From the NCBI GenBank assembly GCA_027062325.1, contig JAMOTN010000035.1:1-39514 (forward strand): a stretch of 39,514 bases of DNA, in the 5' to 3' direction. The DNA comes from a bacterium. Its GTDB lineage: Bacteria; JAMOTN01. The notes under the pieces are model-generated. The model worked only from the letters and a program-made list of their open reading frames with translations, was not told the DNA's origin and did not search any database. How positions within the stretch are numbered: the first letter of the stretch is position 1; every line of letters begins with the position of its first letter. The translations under genes and the position numbers were made by a program. Shown here piece after piece: positions 19,330 to 28,147 of the stretch.

Positions 19330-19569
19330 ACTGCCTACACCTCATACTTCAATTAAGTAATATGTGATACTAAAAATTTAAAACAAAACGAGTGATTGGG
19401 GCAAGTGCAGAAGTGATAGAACTCTTAGGGACGACGGTTGAGTTAGTTGTACTTTGATAAGGTTAGTTATGCTTAAAATTTGCGTGGGTAATAGAATAGT
19501 TAATTATAAAATTGAGATAAGATAAATTTAAATGTGGTTTGGGTGTGTTCTCCAAAAAGAGTGGTTTTT

Positions 19570-19692
19570 ATGAAAAGGGCTGGAGAGATATTAGAGAATT
19601 TTTACTGGGTTGGTGCCGCAGATTGGAATATTGGAAATTTTCATGGCTATACCACATCTAGAGGAACGAGTTATAATGCTTATTGCTTCTGA
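19570..19692 (+). pseudogene. 5' remnant of a flavodiiron protein (FprA/NorV family) gene
   Basis: Translated by hand: MKRAGEILENFYWVGAADWNIGNFHGYTTSRGTSYNAYCF*. This matches the conserved FprA N-terminus (YWVGxxDW...FHGY...GTxYNAY). It stops after 40 codons and there is no room for the remainder. Confidence 0.8.
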
Positions 19693-19784
19693 AGAAGAAA
19701 TTGAATTGCCACATTAAAAAAATCCCTGCAACGTTTTATGAAGTTAGCACGTGATGACAGGAAAATTTGATTATGCTAGAAGAT

Positions 19785-20663
19785 TTATCTGTTGGATTTC
19801 AAAAAGTTGATAATTGAGTTGATGTGATTGTAGAGAGCTTTTTCAGAAATATGAGGATTTTCCGCGAGTTTATATATGGTTTCGAATAAAAGTAAAGGAT
19901 AGCCTTTTGAGATTTTAAATAGTGTGTTGGGAGAGCAGCTTTGGAGAAACTTTAAATTTTGGACTTTTTGGTTGAGAAAATTTAAAAATTCCTCAACCTC
20001 TTCCTTTCCAAAGTTGCGAATAGTTTTTACTTTTAGCTTTATAGCTCCGAACTTGTAAATTAGTAGATGATTTGAGTATTTATGAATAATAACGACTTCT
20101 TTACCCATGTCATGAAGTATTGCAGGAAACTCAGCTGCGAAGTGTTCTGCTAGGCCTTTATCTTGCCAAGTTTCTACTTCTCTTAAGAAGTCTATCCACT
20201 CCATTGCGATGGTCTCACCTATATCTTTTGATAGAAGTTTTAACTGGTCCGTGGTCATAAATCGGTATTTTGTGCGATGATGTCCGTATTTTAAGCCGAT
20301 GAATTGTTTTATAAGGTCCCAACACAAGGCAAATATCATATTTGGCTTAAAACGTGTATAGTCGTACGTGATTACCTGCATTGAATTTTTCTTAAGTGCG
20401 TGCAGAATGAGATCGGGTGCAAGTTGCAGTTTTCCTCCTTTGACTTTTACAGCGGTTTTGTCTTTTAATAGCTCTACGATTTTTGAGATTTTAAGTTTAT
20501 CGTGCATAAAATTCATTAAATTTGAAAAGATAGATTCTTTTATAGAAGTTTTATCTTGATTTTTAAAAGAGCGCTTATGTGGCGTTAGATTTTGTGCTTG
20601 GGCTTTAGAGTTTAATCTTTTACTAGCTACATGTTTGGTTTTAACTTTATCCACTTTCAACAC
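19785..20663 (-). CDS. Hypothetical protein
   Basis: 292-aa ORF filling the interval, with a purine-rich GGGGAAAG upstream. No recognised motif. Confidence 0.7.
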   Translation of the reverse strand: MLKVDKVKTKHVASKRLNSKAQAQNLTPHKRSFKNQDKTSIKESIFSNLMNFMHDKLKISKIVELLKDKTAVKVKGGKLQLAPDLILHALKKNSMQVITYDYTRFKPNMIFALCWDLIKQFIGLKYGHHRTKYRFMTTDQLKLLSKDIGETIAMEWIDFLREVETWQDKGLAEHFAAEFPAILHDMGKEVVIIHKYSNHLLIYKFGAIKLKVKTIRNFGKEEVEEFLNFLNQKVQNLKFLQSCSPNTLFKISKGYPLLLFETIYKLAENPHISEKALYNHINSIINFLKSNR

Positions 20664-20727
20664 CTCACTTTCCCCGATTTTATGTTATACCAATTGTAGG
20701 ATTAAGAAAACTTTGAATTGTTGAGGG

Positions 20728-21159
20728 GTGAGTTTTATGCAACGTGGAGACTTTTCTATTCTTACTAAAGAAGAGGTTGACTTGGTAAGGAAAGCCATTA
20801 AGTACAGACAGAATGCTTACGCTCCGTATTCTAATTTTCAGGTAGGAGCTGCTTTGTTAACAGATTCTGGGAAAGTTTATCTTGGAGCAAATGTTGAAAA
20901 TGCTTCGTATGGACTTACGGTTTGTGCTGAAAGAATTGCTGCTTTCAAAGCAGTTAATGATGGGGAGAGAAAATTTAAAGTAATTGCTGTAGTGGCTGAT
21001 ACAGAAGAACCGGTCGCTCCTTGTGGCGCTTGCCGTCAAGTTTTGAGAGAATTTGGACCTAACATGAAGGTTATAATGGCCAATGTAAGTGGGGATATTT
21101 TAATAGCAACATTGGATGAATTATTGCCTGTTTCGTTTGGTCCGGAAAGTCTAGAGTGA
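20728..21159 (+). CDS. cdd: Cytidine deaminase (homotetrameric, three-Cys type)
   Basis: AYAPYSNFQVGAALL, GANVENASYGLTVCAER, PCGACRQ and ELLP. The start may be ATG 20737. Confidence 0.97.
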   Translation: MSFMQRGDFSILTKEEVDLVRKAIKYRQNAYAPYSNFQVGAALLTDSGKVYLGANVENASYGLTVCAERIAAFKAVNDGERKFKVIAVVADTEEPVAPCGACRQVLREFGPNMKVIMANVSGDILIATLDELLPVSFGPESLE

Positions 21160-21182
21160 TGTATGTTGCCTTTATAGATGTC

Positions 21183-21191
21183 TGATATAAT
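21183..21191 (+). promoter_or_regulatory. Extended -10 promoter (TGnTATAAT) for the PP2C phosphatase gene
   Basis: TGATATAAT is a perfect consensus in the short intergenic gap, about 35 nt before the likely GTG start. Confidence 0.55.
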
Positions 21192-21224
21192 CTTCAAAAG
21201 TTGAAATTTTTGGAGGGAATTTTA

Positions 21225-23222
21225 GTGAAGGGACCTCGCTTAAAAGAGTTCCTTTTTAAAAGGACAGTTTTGGCTTTTATAACTTTTCTTCTGGCTTTTA
21301 AATTTTGGGAATTTTACCGTGAAATGATAATACTTGAAGATAGTGAAAAAAAGAAGATTTTGACCTTGGCAAAGGCTGTTGCAAATGTTTGTATCGAGAA
21401 AATTGTTACAGAGGATTACGTATCTTTAAAGAGCTACTTGGATGAACTTGTTTTTAACAGTTGGGATATAAACAGGATAGTTGTTGTAGATTCAAATGGA
21501 ACTGTTGTTGCGGATACGGATAACGTTTTGTTTGGAGAAAAGGTGGAAAAGGGTAAATTTGGGGAAGATTTGCTATCGCATTTTAACTTTACTAAAACGT
21601 GGTTGTTTGATGAGTTGATTGGTTGGCAAAGCGATTTTGGAGGAGTTTTGAAACCCAAGTGGGTTGGGTATCCCTTGGTTTATGTAAAACAGCATTTTGG
21701 TATCCTTTTGATGCATTATAATCCATTATTACTTAGAAGTAGGGTGAAGCAGTTATACTTTTACCTGTTCCTTGAGGTGCTTTTGGGAATTCTTTTGGCC
21801 TTTTTCTTGGCTTCTGAGATAAGTAAGAGGTTGCAGGTGTCAATGCAAACTTTGATGCCTCAGGCTTTAAGGGTTGCAAATAGAGATTTACATTCTCCTA
21901 TAATTGTTCCTCGAACTGAGCTGTATGAAATCCGTGCTCTTGGGTTGGTGTTGGAAAGGTTAAGAAGACGTCTTGTTAGTAAGATTGAAGAGTTAAAAAA
22001 GAGGTTGGAAGAGTTTGAAGCTTTGTTGCGTGTAAGTGAGATGATTTTGAATGCGGGTTTTGAGCTGCAGACGCTTTTGTGGAATATTGTTTTGAATGTG
22101 GCAGTATTGTTGAGGGCAAAAAGGTGTTCAATAGTTCTGGAAGAGAATGGTAAAAAGGTTGTAAAGGTTGCCAAAGGATTTGCAGAAGGATTCGTAGAAA
22201 ATTTTGAGATAAAGGATAGCAAGGTACTTGATAAGGTTTTTGAAACGGGAGAAGCAATTTTGATGAGAAAAAGTGATAGAAACTCCGATAAGTACGAAAG
22301 TGGAGATTTTATGATAGTGCCTCTTTTTAGAGATGGCAAGGTTATAGGAACTTTGAACGTGGCAGATAGAGAAGATGGAAAGTTTTTTACTCAGGATGAT
22401 ATTCGGCTCCTAAAAATGTTTGCAGGTTATGCAGGAATTGCTTTGAAACATGCATTCTTATATGGGGAGATTGCTCGCAGAGAACGTCTTACCAGAGATG
22501 TTGAACTTGCTAAGCAGATTCAAGATGCAATGTTGCCGCAAGAAGAACTTAGTTTTAGGGATGTGCATCTTGTTGGATCTACTACGCCAGCTAGAGTAGT
22601 TGGAGGGGATTACTTTGATTACTTTGTGGTGGATGATAAAGTTTTGTTTGTCATTGCTGATGTTTCTGGAAAGGGAGTTCCAGCAGCTCTTTTGGGGGCA
22701 CTGTGTAAAGGAATCTTGAAAAGTCACGCAAATTACACTACTTCTCCAGCTGATCTGGTAAAAAGACTCAACAGTGCGTTGAGTTATGATTTAACTTTGA
22801 CGGGAGCATTTGTGACTATTTTTATCGGTGAATTGTCTTTTGAAGATGATAAGTGGAGGTTGAGATATACTGCAGCTGCTCACGAACCAGCATTTGTGAT
22901 CTCTGATGGTGAGTTTGTAGAACTTGAGGTGACTGGAGGATTGGTTGGGCCGTTTGCAACTGCGGAATTTAAAGAAAAGAGTATTCTTTTGGGAGATAAG
23001 TTTTCCATTCTTGGTTTTACCGATGGTATTACAGAAACGATAAATGAGAAAGGGGAGTTTTTTGGAAAGGAGCGTCTCATGAATATATTTAAAAAGTATC
23101 ATTTAGAGGTTGATAAATTCAGAGAAGAGTTATTCAAGGAATTAAGTGAATTTAGAGGTGAGCAAGAGCAGATAGATGATATTACTTTTGTTTTAGTGAG
23201 AAGGTTGAGTGGAAGTGACTAG
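21225..23222 (+). CDS. Membrane-bound SpoIIE/RsbU-type PP2C phosphatase (extracytoplasmic sensor, HAMP-like, GAF, PP2C)
   Basis: Two TM helices, GAF signature MIVPL...IGTLNV...FTQDDIRLL, and PP2C motifs VGGDYFD, IADVSGKG, FTDGITE, DDIT. GTG 21225 follows GGAGG; the ORF track starts at TTG 21201. Confidence 0.92.
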   Translation: MKGPRLKEFLFKRTVLAFITFLLAFKFWEFYREMIILEDSEKKKILTLAKAVANVCIEKIVTEDYVSLKSYLDELVFNSWDINRIVVVDSNGTVVADTDNVLFGEKVEKGKFGEDLLSHFNFTKTWLFDELIGWQSDFGGVLKPKWVGYPLVYVKQHFGILLMHYNPLLLRSRVKQLYFYLFLEVLLGILLAFFLASEISKRLQVSMQTLMPQALRVANRDLHSPIIVPRTELYEIRALGLVLERLRRRLVSKIEELKKRLEEFEALLRVSEMILNAGFELQTLLWNIVLNVAVLLRAKRCSIVLEENGKKVVKVAKGFAEGFVENFEIKDSKVLDKVFETGEAILMRKSDRNSDKYESGDFMIVPLFRDGKVIGTLNVADREDGKFFTQDDIRLLKMFAGYAGIALKHAFLYGEIARRERLTRDVELAKQIQDAMLPQEELSFRDVHLVGSTTPARVVGGDYFDYFVVDDKVLFVIADVSGKGVPAALLGALCKGILKSHANYTTSPADLVKRLNSALSYDLTLTGAFVTIFIGELSFEDDKWRLRYTAAAHEPAFVISDGEFVELEVTGGLVGPFATAEFKEKSILLGDKFSILGFTDGITETINEKGEFFGKERLMNIFKKYHLEVDKFREELFKELSEFRGEQEQIDDITFVLVRRLSGSD

Positions 23223-23225
23223 TAA

Positions 23226-24773
23226 CTATATGGTTAAAACTTTTTTTACAAGTTCATATATCATCGCTCTTACCATTGCAAGGAGTATTACAATAAATGC
23301 GGTGAGTAACTTTTGAGCTGTTGAGATTTTCATTACCAATCCTGTGATTGTTACTAATAGCATAAATAGGGCGGCAACTCCTAAGTAAGTTGCAAATTTA
23401 CTGCCGTGCTTTTTTAAGTAGGCGTATAGAACGATAAGGGTAAGTGCAGCTATTAGCTGGTTGCAAGCTCCGAATACTGGCCATATTGCTTTTAAAGCTC
23501 CTAATTGTAGGAATGTTAAAGCAGCTACTGTAAGTATTAACGTACTTATTGTGGGTGAAGCACCTGTCAATTCTGTGAAGATCATCCTACCAATTCTTAC
23601 AGATGTGTCTAATGTTGTTAATATGAAAGCATTTATCATAAATGTTGCAGCCACAAAGGAGAGTTTTGCCGGAATTCCAAGAGCTTGTGTTAGAATTGAA
23701 AATCCATTTGAAAAGTTGAAAAGAGGGTTGTTAGTCAGTTTAGAACCTACTACTGATACAGCACTGAGAGCAATTAGGGCTAATAGGCCTTCTGTAAGCA
23801 TTCCTCCGTAAGCTACTGGGCGTGCGTGACTTTCTTTTGAAAGTTGTTTTGATGTGGTTCCACTTGATACAAGAGAGTGAAAACCGGAAATTGCTCCACA
23901 TGCTACTACGATGAATAGAAAGGGAAAAATGGGCATTTTGGGAGAGTGAGTGAAAGAAGGAAGTGAAATTTTTATGTTGTGAGAGAATAAAATTCCCAAA
24001 GTACCTAGAATTAAACCAGCAAATAATAAGTATGAGCTGAGATAATCACGGGGTTGCAGGAGCAGTTCAACTGGTAGCAGAGAAGCAATAACTGCATAGA
24101 TTAAAAGTAATAGTTCCCAAACGAGGATTGCATTGAATTTTAGAGGAAGTTTTATAGGAAACTTGAAGCCAAGCCATATAAATATAGCAGCGATTGCTAA
24201 AGCAATAACTGTTGAAATTAAGAGCCCCATCTTCCGCCTCATAAATCCGAACATTATGGCTGCAATTATGAATCCAAATGTTGGAATAACCAGTTCTGGA
24301 GACTGGACTAGAGTTTTTGCTGCAAGCATGGTAAAAGCAGCTACTACGAGAATTAGAGCAAAGAATACAAACCAGCCAAAGAATTTTTTAGCATTTGATG
24401 AAATTGTAGAACTTGCGACATCGGATATTGATTTACCTGAGTTTCTAACCGATACCATCAGAGATAACCAGTCGTGTACGCCCCCTAAAAGAACAGAGCC
24501 TGCAACTATCCACAGCCATACGGGGGAGTATCCAAAAAGAGCAGCTGCTAAAACGGGACCTACTATTGGGCCGGCACCTGCTATTGATGAAAAATGGTGA
24601 CCGAATAAAACAAGTGGATTGGCGGGGGACCAATCGACGCCTTTGTTAGTGTGAGCAGGAGTCTGTCTTTTATCAAGGTCGGGGAATAGGGATTTTTCTA
24701 ATTTTTTTGAAAATACGCTGTAGCCGAGTATTAGTATTGCAACTCCTACAAGAAATGGGATGGTTACTGACAT
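23226..24773 (-). CDS. cstA: Carbon starvation protein A family transporter
   Basis: TPAH, LFGHHFSSIAGAGPIVGP, LLQPRDYL, ACGAISGFHSL, TTLDTSVR and IWPVFGACNQL. ATG 24773 after AGGAG. Confidence 0.93.
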   Translation of the reverse strand: MSVTIPFLVGVAILILGYSVFSKKLEKSLFPDLDKRQTPAHTNKGVDWSPANPLVLFGHHFSSIAGAGPIVGPVLAAALFGYSPVWLWIVAGSVLLGGVHDWLSLMVSVRNSGKSISDVASSTISSNAKKFFGWFVFFALILVVAAFTMLAAKTLVQSPELVIPTFGFIIAAIMFGFMRRKMGLLISTVIALAIAAIFIWLGFKFPIKLPLKFNAILVWELLLLIYAVIASLLPVELLLQPRDYLSSYLLFAGLILGTLGILFSHNIKISLPSFTHSPKMPIFPFLFIVVACGAISGFHSLVSSGTTSKQLSKESHARPVAYGGMLTEGLLALIALSAVSVVGSKLTNNPLFNFSNGFSILTQALGIPAKLSFVAATFMINAFILTTLDTSVRIGRMIFTELTGASPTISTLILTVAALTFLQLGALKAIWPVFGACNQLIAALTLIVLYAYLKKHGSKFATYLGVAALFMLLVTITGLVMKISTAQKLLTAFIVILLAMVRAMIYELVKKVLTI

Positions 24774-24889
24774 TTTGATCACTCCTCATTTAGATTTAAA
24801 GTTTTGTTAAAATTATAAAAATCGCATTGTGAAGTGTGCAACCTAAGGTGTGCGACAATATTTTATGATGGTTGTTAGGAGGGTGGGTT

Positions 24890-25369
24890 ATGAGAGTACG
24901 CGGAGTTGATGTACCTGATAATTTTGAAGAGATAAGTGAGGTGTTTTATGAAAAAAGAAGTGATTTCTTTGAGTATCACGAATCTGTTGGAAATTATGCT
25001 TATTTAGCGCATCCCGGTTTTGAAGATGATCCTGAGGAGAGAAAGAAAATTTATAAACGAAACATTATTATATCGTGGATCATGGTTTTTATACTGATTG
25101 GAGGAGTATTTGTGAGTGGTATCATGTTTTTCTTTTTCGAAAAAATGGGAATCTTGAAGAATTTTAAAGATTGGAAAGACTTACTCATTGCAGGGATTCC
25201 ATTTTTAATGATATTTGGCGGTTTAATGGTGGTATGGCTATTTTGGAAGAGAATTCAGAAATTCAAAAAGGGAGTAGAAATTTTGAACAGAAAGGGTATT
25301 GATCCGGATCTTGATCCAATACGTTTAGAAGCTATGATGAGAGTTTACAAATGGGCTAGAAGGGTATAG
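24890..25369 (+). CDS. Hypothetical two-TM membrane protein
   Basis: AGGAGG RBS before ATG 24890. Two hydrophobic helices. Confidence 0.75.
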   Translation: MRVRGVDVPDNFEEISEVFYEKRSDFFEYHESVGNYAYLAHPGFEDDPEERKKIYKRNIIISWIMVFILIGGVFVSGIMFFFFEKMGILKNFKDWKDLLIAGIPFLMIFGGLMVVWLFWKRIQKFKKGVEILNRKGIDPDLDPIRLEAMMRVYKWARRV

Positions 25370-25395
25370 AGCAAATAAGAAAATAATCAATAACT

Positions 25396-26679
25396 TTATG
25401 AAACTTTTATCTCCACAAATTCTTCGCCAACATTTTCAATAATTCCTTTGACGGGAGAGTGATAATTAACCCCGAGGTTATTGGGAGTATCAATTTTGGC
25501 AATCGGATCGTATTTTTCAACACTTTGGCCCTTCTGGACCAATACATTTGGTATTTTTCCAATGTGAGAATTTAAATATATGCGAAGCTTTATGCCGGAT
25601 GGAATGGAAATCTCTGTGTACTCAGGTACATTTGGAAGTTCAAAGTCGGCAAGGAGTCGAGATGCGGCGAATGATGATGCAACTCCTGTCCAATCTCTTT
25701 CGACTGCTTCAAGCTTATCTGGACGTCCAACTTTTCTCAACTCCTTTTTGAGTTCAAAATTTACGCGACTCGGTGATAGTCCAAGTGGACACACCAGAGT
25801 ACAAACGTTGCAATGACAGCAGTAAGAGGCTATCTTCAGCTCTTCTAGGGGAGCGTTGAAGGAGTACTTGCGCATTATGGAAGCAGGATCTATGGGATGT
25901 CCAAGCTGCCATCTTGGACATGCCAGGGTGCAATTGTTACAAGTTGCGCACGCAACGCGTGCTAGTTGCAGTATACTTTCTATACTTTGTGTCTTCATTT
26001 TGTAAATGAAAGAATCTTTTGGTGCGAAAATTAGAGCCGATGTGGTCTTTTTGGTAAATCCACTGGACTTCTCTCCCATTGCAGGACCACCATCTATGAC
26101 TAAGTCCGTGGGGAGATTGAGTTGAGAAGCAATTAATTCTATAGGTGTTCCAATAGGCAACTTTGAAATAAGAAGTTTCTTGGGAGCAATTATTGTGACG
26201 TATCTTTCGACAAAAGGCTTGTTATTACAGCAAGCTTGGTAAGCTAAATATGCTGTTGTCAAGTTTGTAACTACCACTCCAACGTCAATGGGCAATCCAC
26301 CTGCTGGTATTCGTTTGCCGGTTGCAAGAAAGGTTAAACACTGCTCATCTCCCACTGGATAACGATCAGGAAGTGTTGCAACCTTGGTGTTTAGATTTTT
26401 AACAAGGTGAATGTATTTGGATTTAATTGCAATTGTTACGGAGCGAAAGAGTTTTTTTAGCCAAGACATCACAGCTTTTAGTTCTTCGGAGTGTTTTTTT
26501 AAAAGCCATTTGTCAGATTGAAGAAACGGCTCGCATTCTGCTGCGTTTATAAGTAGATCCAGGTCAAAATTCCATTTGGCATAGGTTGGGAAACCTGCTC
26601 CTCCTGCTCCAACGATTCCATAATCTTTGAGACACGAAATAACAGCCCTTCTATCTATTCTACATCTTGAAGGCATCAC
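25396..26679 (-). CDS. PduS-like flavin/[4Fe-4S] oxidoreductase (RnfC/NuoF-like FMN domain, SLBB, two ferredoxin motifs, C-terminal barrel-sandwich hybrid)
   Basis: GIVGAGGAGFPT, INAAECEP, GGPAMG, CATCNNCTLACP and CCHCNVCTLVCP. The HIG...VQKGQSV...HSPVKG domain is C-terminal as in PduS, not N-terminal as in RnfC. Confidence 0.88.
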   Translation of the reverse strand: MMPSRCRIDRRAVISCLKDYGIVGAGGAGFPTYAKWNFDLDLLINAAECEPFLQSDKWLLKKHSEELKAVMSWLKKLFRSVTIAIKSKYIHLVKNLNTKVATLPDRYPVGDEQCLTFLATGKRIPAGGLPIDVGVVVTNLTTAYLAYQACCNNKPFVERYVTIIAPKKLLISKLPIGTPIELIASQLNLPTDLVIDGGPAMGEKSSGFTKKTTSALIFAPKDSFIYKMKTQSIESILQLARVACATCNNCTLACPRWQLGHPIDPASIMRKYSFNAPLEELKIASYCCHCNVCTLVCPLGLSPSRVNFELKKELRKVGRPDKLEAVERDWTGVASSFAASRLLADFELPNVPEYTEISIPSGIKLRIYLNSHIGKIPNVLVQKGQSVEKYDPIAKIDTPNNLGVNYHSPVKGIIENVGEEFVEIKVS

Positions 26680-26722
26680 TATCCCCTCTTTTGTTTGAGT
26701 ATGTGGCTTTAATTGGATAAGA

Positions 26723-27265
26723 TCACCAGTTTCTGGAAAGAAGTGGTTTTGCTGGGCGGGGAATTACCACAGTTTTTAGTATATCTTGAGTAGTTGATTT
26801 AGCAGCTTCTACAGCGGCTTTGCAGTCTGCTACATCTCCTGTAACGACAAAGAAAGAGCGACCACCCAGCCCACGGGCGATGCGCAGGTCAAGAATTGTG
26901 ATGTTTGCAGCTTTAGCGGCGCTATCTGCTGCAAGGAATGCAGAGACTATGTTCATTGTTTCAACTACTCCTATTGCTTTTATTTCTGAGTTGTTTCCAT
27001 ATAGTGCAGTTTCAACTTGTGGGTGAATTCTTGGAATTATTGTGGTAGCTATTGTGTAATTTTTGGCAGTTTCTTCGGCACTTTCTATTGCAGCTTTCAC
27101 CTCTGCGACATCCCCGAAGACTACAAAAACAAATTTCCCAGCACATATGGGCTGACTGAATAGAATTTTAACGTTTGCTGCTTTGTAAGCTGAGTCAAGG
27201 GCTTCTATACCGGCTGCGATTGAGATGGTCTCCACTATGCCAATTGCTTTGGGAGATTCGGCCAT
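26723..27265 (-). CDS. Tandem BMC-domain shell protein (BMC-T), PduT-like
   Basis: Two BMC domains (AIGIVET...KAANV...GDVAEVKAA; AIGVVET...KAANI...GDVADCKAA). PICAGKF carries the Cys equivalent to the Fe-S ligand of PduT. Confidence 0.92.
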   Translation of the reverse strand: MAESPKAIGIVETISIAAGIEALDSAYKAANVKILFSQPICAGKFVFVVFGDVAEVKAAIESAEETAKNYTIATTIIPRIHPQVETALYGNNSEIKAIGVVETMNIVSAFLAADSAAKAANITILDLRIARGLGGRSFFVVTGDVADCKAAVEAAKSTTQDILKTVVIPRPAKPLLSRNW

Positions 27266-28108
27266 TTACTCCACCTCTGTAGTATTTGAGTTTAGCTCAT
27301 TATAACATACAAAACTGCAGCAGTATGGGAATTCGCAAGTTGAGGCAATTTTAGTTGTAGGTTTGACTATGGCGCGTATTGGGAGTTCAACAACCTTTTC
27401 ATCAAATTTCCTTCGCCATTTAGCATAAGGTCGCATGCAGCCTATTATTACCGAAGTTTTTCCAAGTACCGATCTTGTTATTTCGAGTGCTTTTTCTACG
27501 GAAAGCGTTGGAATAAATCGCCCTGTATTGAAGTTGACAATAACAAATGGCAATTTGAGAGTGTTTAGTATGTTAAGTGCAGTTTCTAATTCGATGTCAG
27601 GATTAAAAAGTCCAAATGTGAAATGAAATGCGCAAAATGCCTTTAATTTTAATGATTTTGCCTTCTCCTCTACTAGTTTTTTTGATTTTTTGGCGAGGTA
27701 TATGATTGAATCCAGAGTTGGTTTGAAGTGGCCATTTGTGAGGAGAGACCATTCTTCTGAGAGTGGGAGGTCTATAGAGAAGCTCAAATTTGGTCTGAAT
27801 GTGGTTTGGGAAAGGGATGAGAAAAATTTTTCTATGTTTTGAAGCATGCGTTCTGTTAAAAAGCCGGGATGAACGTTTAGAAATTTGATCAGAGAGAGTT
27901 TTTCTGTTGGAAGTGATGAGATGGCTTTCCAGAATAATGTAAAGTCTACTGTTAGATCTTTATTTACGCCTCCTGTGACTAAAAGGCTTGATTCTGGTAT
28001 GAGATTTGATTGGCTGCCAAGATAGACACGTTTACAATGGCTACAATTTAAAAAACATGACGACGAGGTGTAGAAGTTTGTGTGTTTGTCAAGGCTTACA
28101 GTGATGAT
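27266..28108 (-). CDS. Radical SAM protein, LipS1-like (biotin synthase-related), probable ATC start
   Basis: The frame is open upstream of the ORF-track ATG (27847) to a TGA at 28117-28115. The extension encodes CFLNCSHC (CxxxCxxC), LLVTGG and LNVHPG. The C-terminal part has IGCMRP and PYCC. AAGGAG lies just upstream of ATC 28108. Confidence 0.8.
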   Translation of the reverse strand: MITVSLDKHTNFYTSSSCFLNCSHCKRVYLGSQSNLIPESSLLVTGGVNKDLTVDFTLFWKAISSLPTEKLSLIKFLNVHPGFLTERMLQNIEKFFSSLSQTTFRPNLSFSIDLPLSEEWSLLTNGHFKPTLDSIIYLAKKSKKLVEEKAKSLKLKAFCAFHFTFGLFNPDIELETALNILNTLKLPFVIVNFNTGRFIPTLSVEKALEITRSVLGKTSVIIGCMRPYAKWRRKFDEKVVELPIRAIVKPTTKIASTCEFPYCCSFVCYNELNSNTTEVE

Positions 28109-28147
28109 TTTAAATCACTCCTTTGCTAAAAATTGGTGCTTAAAGGT

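Noticed and set aside
19380-19560. Possible ncRNA, riboswitch or Fur/PerR box upstream of the fprA remnant
   Set aside because: No convincing stem-loops or tRNA-like features. The AT-rich tract gives only a loose match.
19690-19692. TGA as selenocysteine or readthrough in the fprA fragment
   Set aside because: Another in-frame TGA follows within four codons, the downstream sequence does not continue FprA, and no SECIS-like hairpin was seen.
24828-24843. CRP-like site (TGTGA...) upstream of cstA, tempting because of the cyclase gene
   Set aside because: The second half-site reads CAACC rather than TCACA.
25396-26679. RnfC/RsxC subunit of an Rnf complex
   Set aside because: There are no rnfABDEG neighbours, the barrel-sandwich domain is C-terminal, and a BMC-T gene is adjacent. 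All of this favours PduS.
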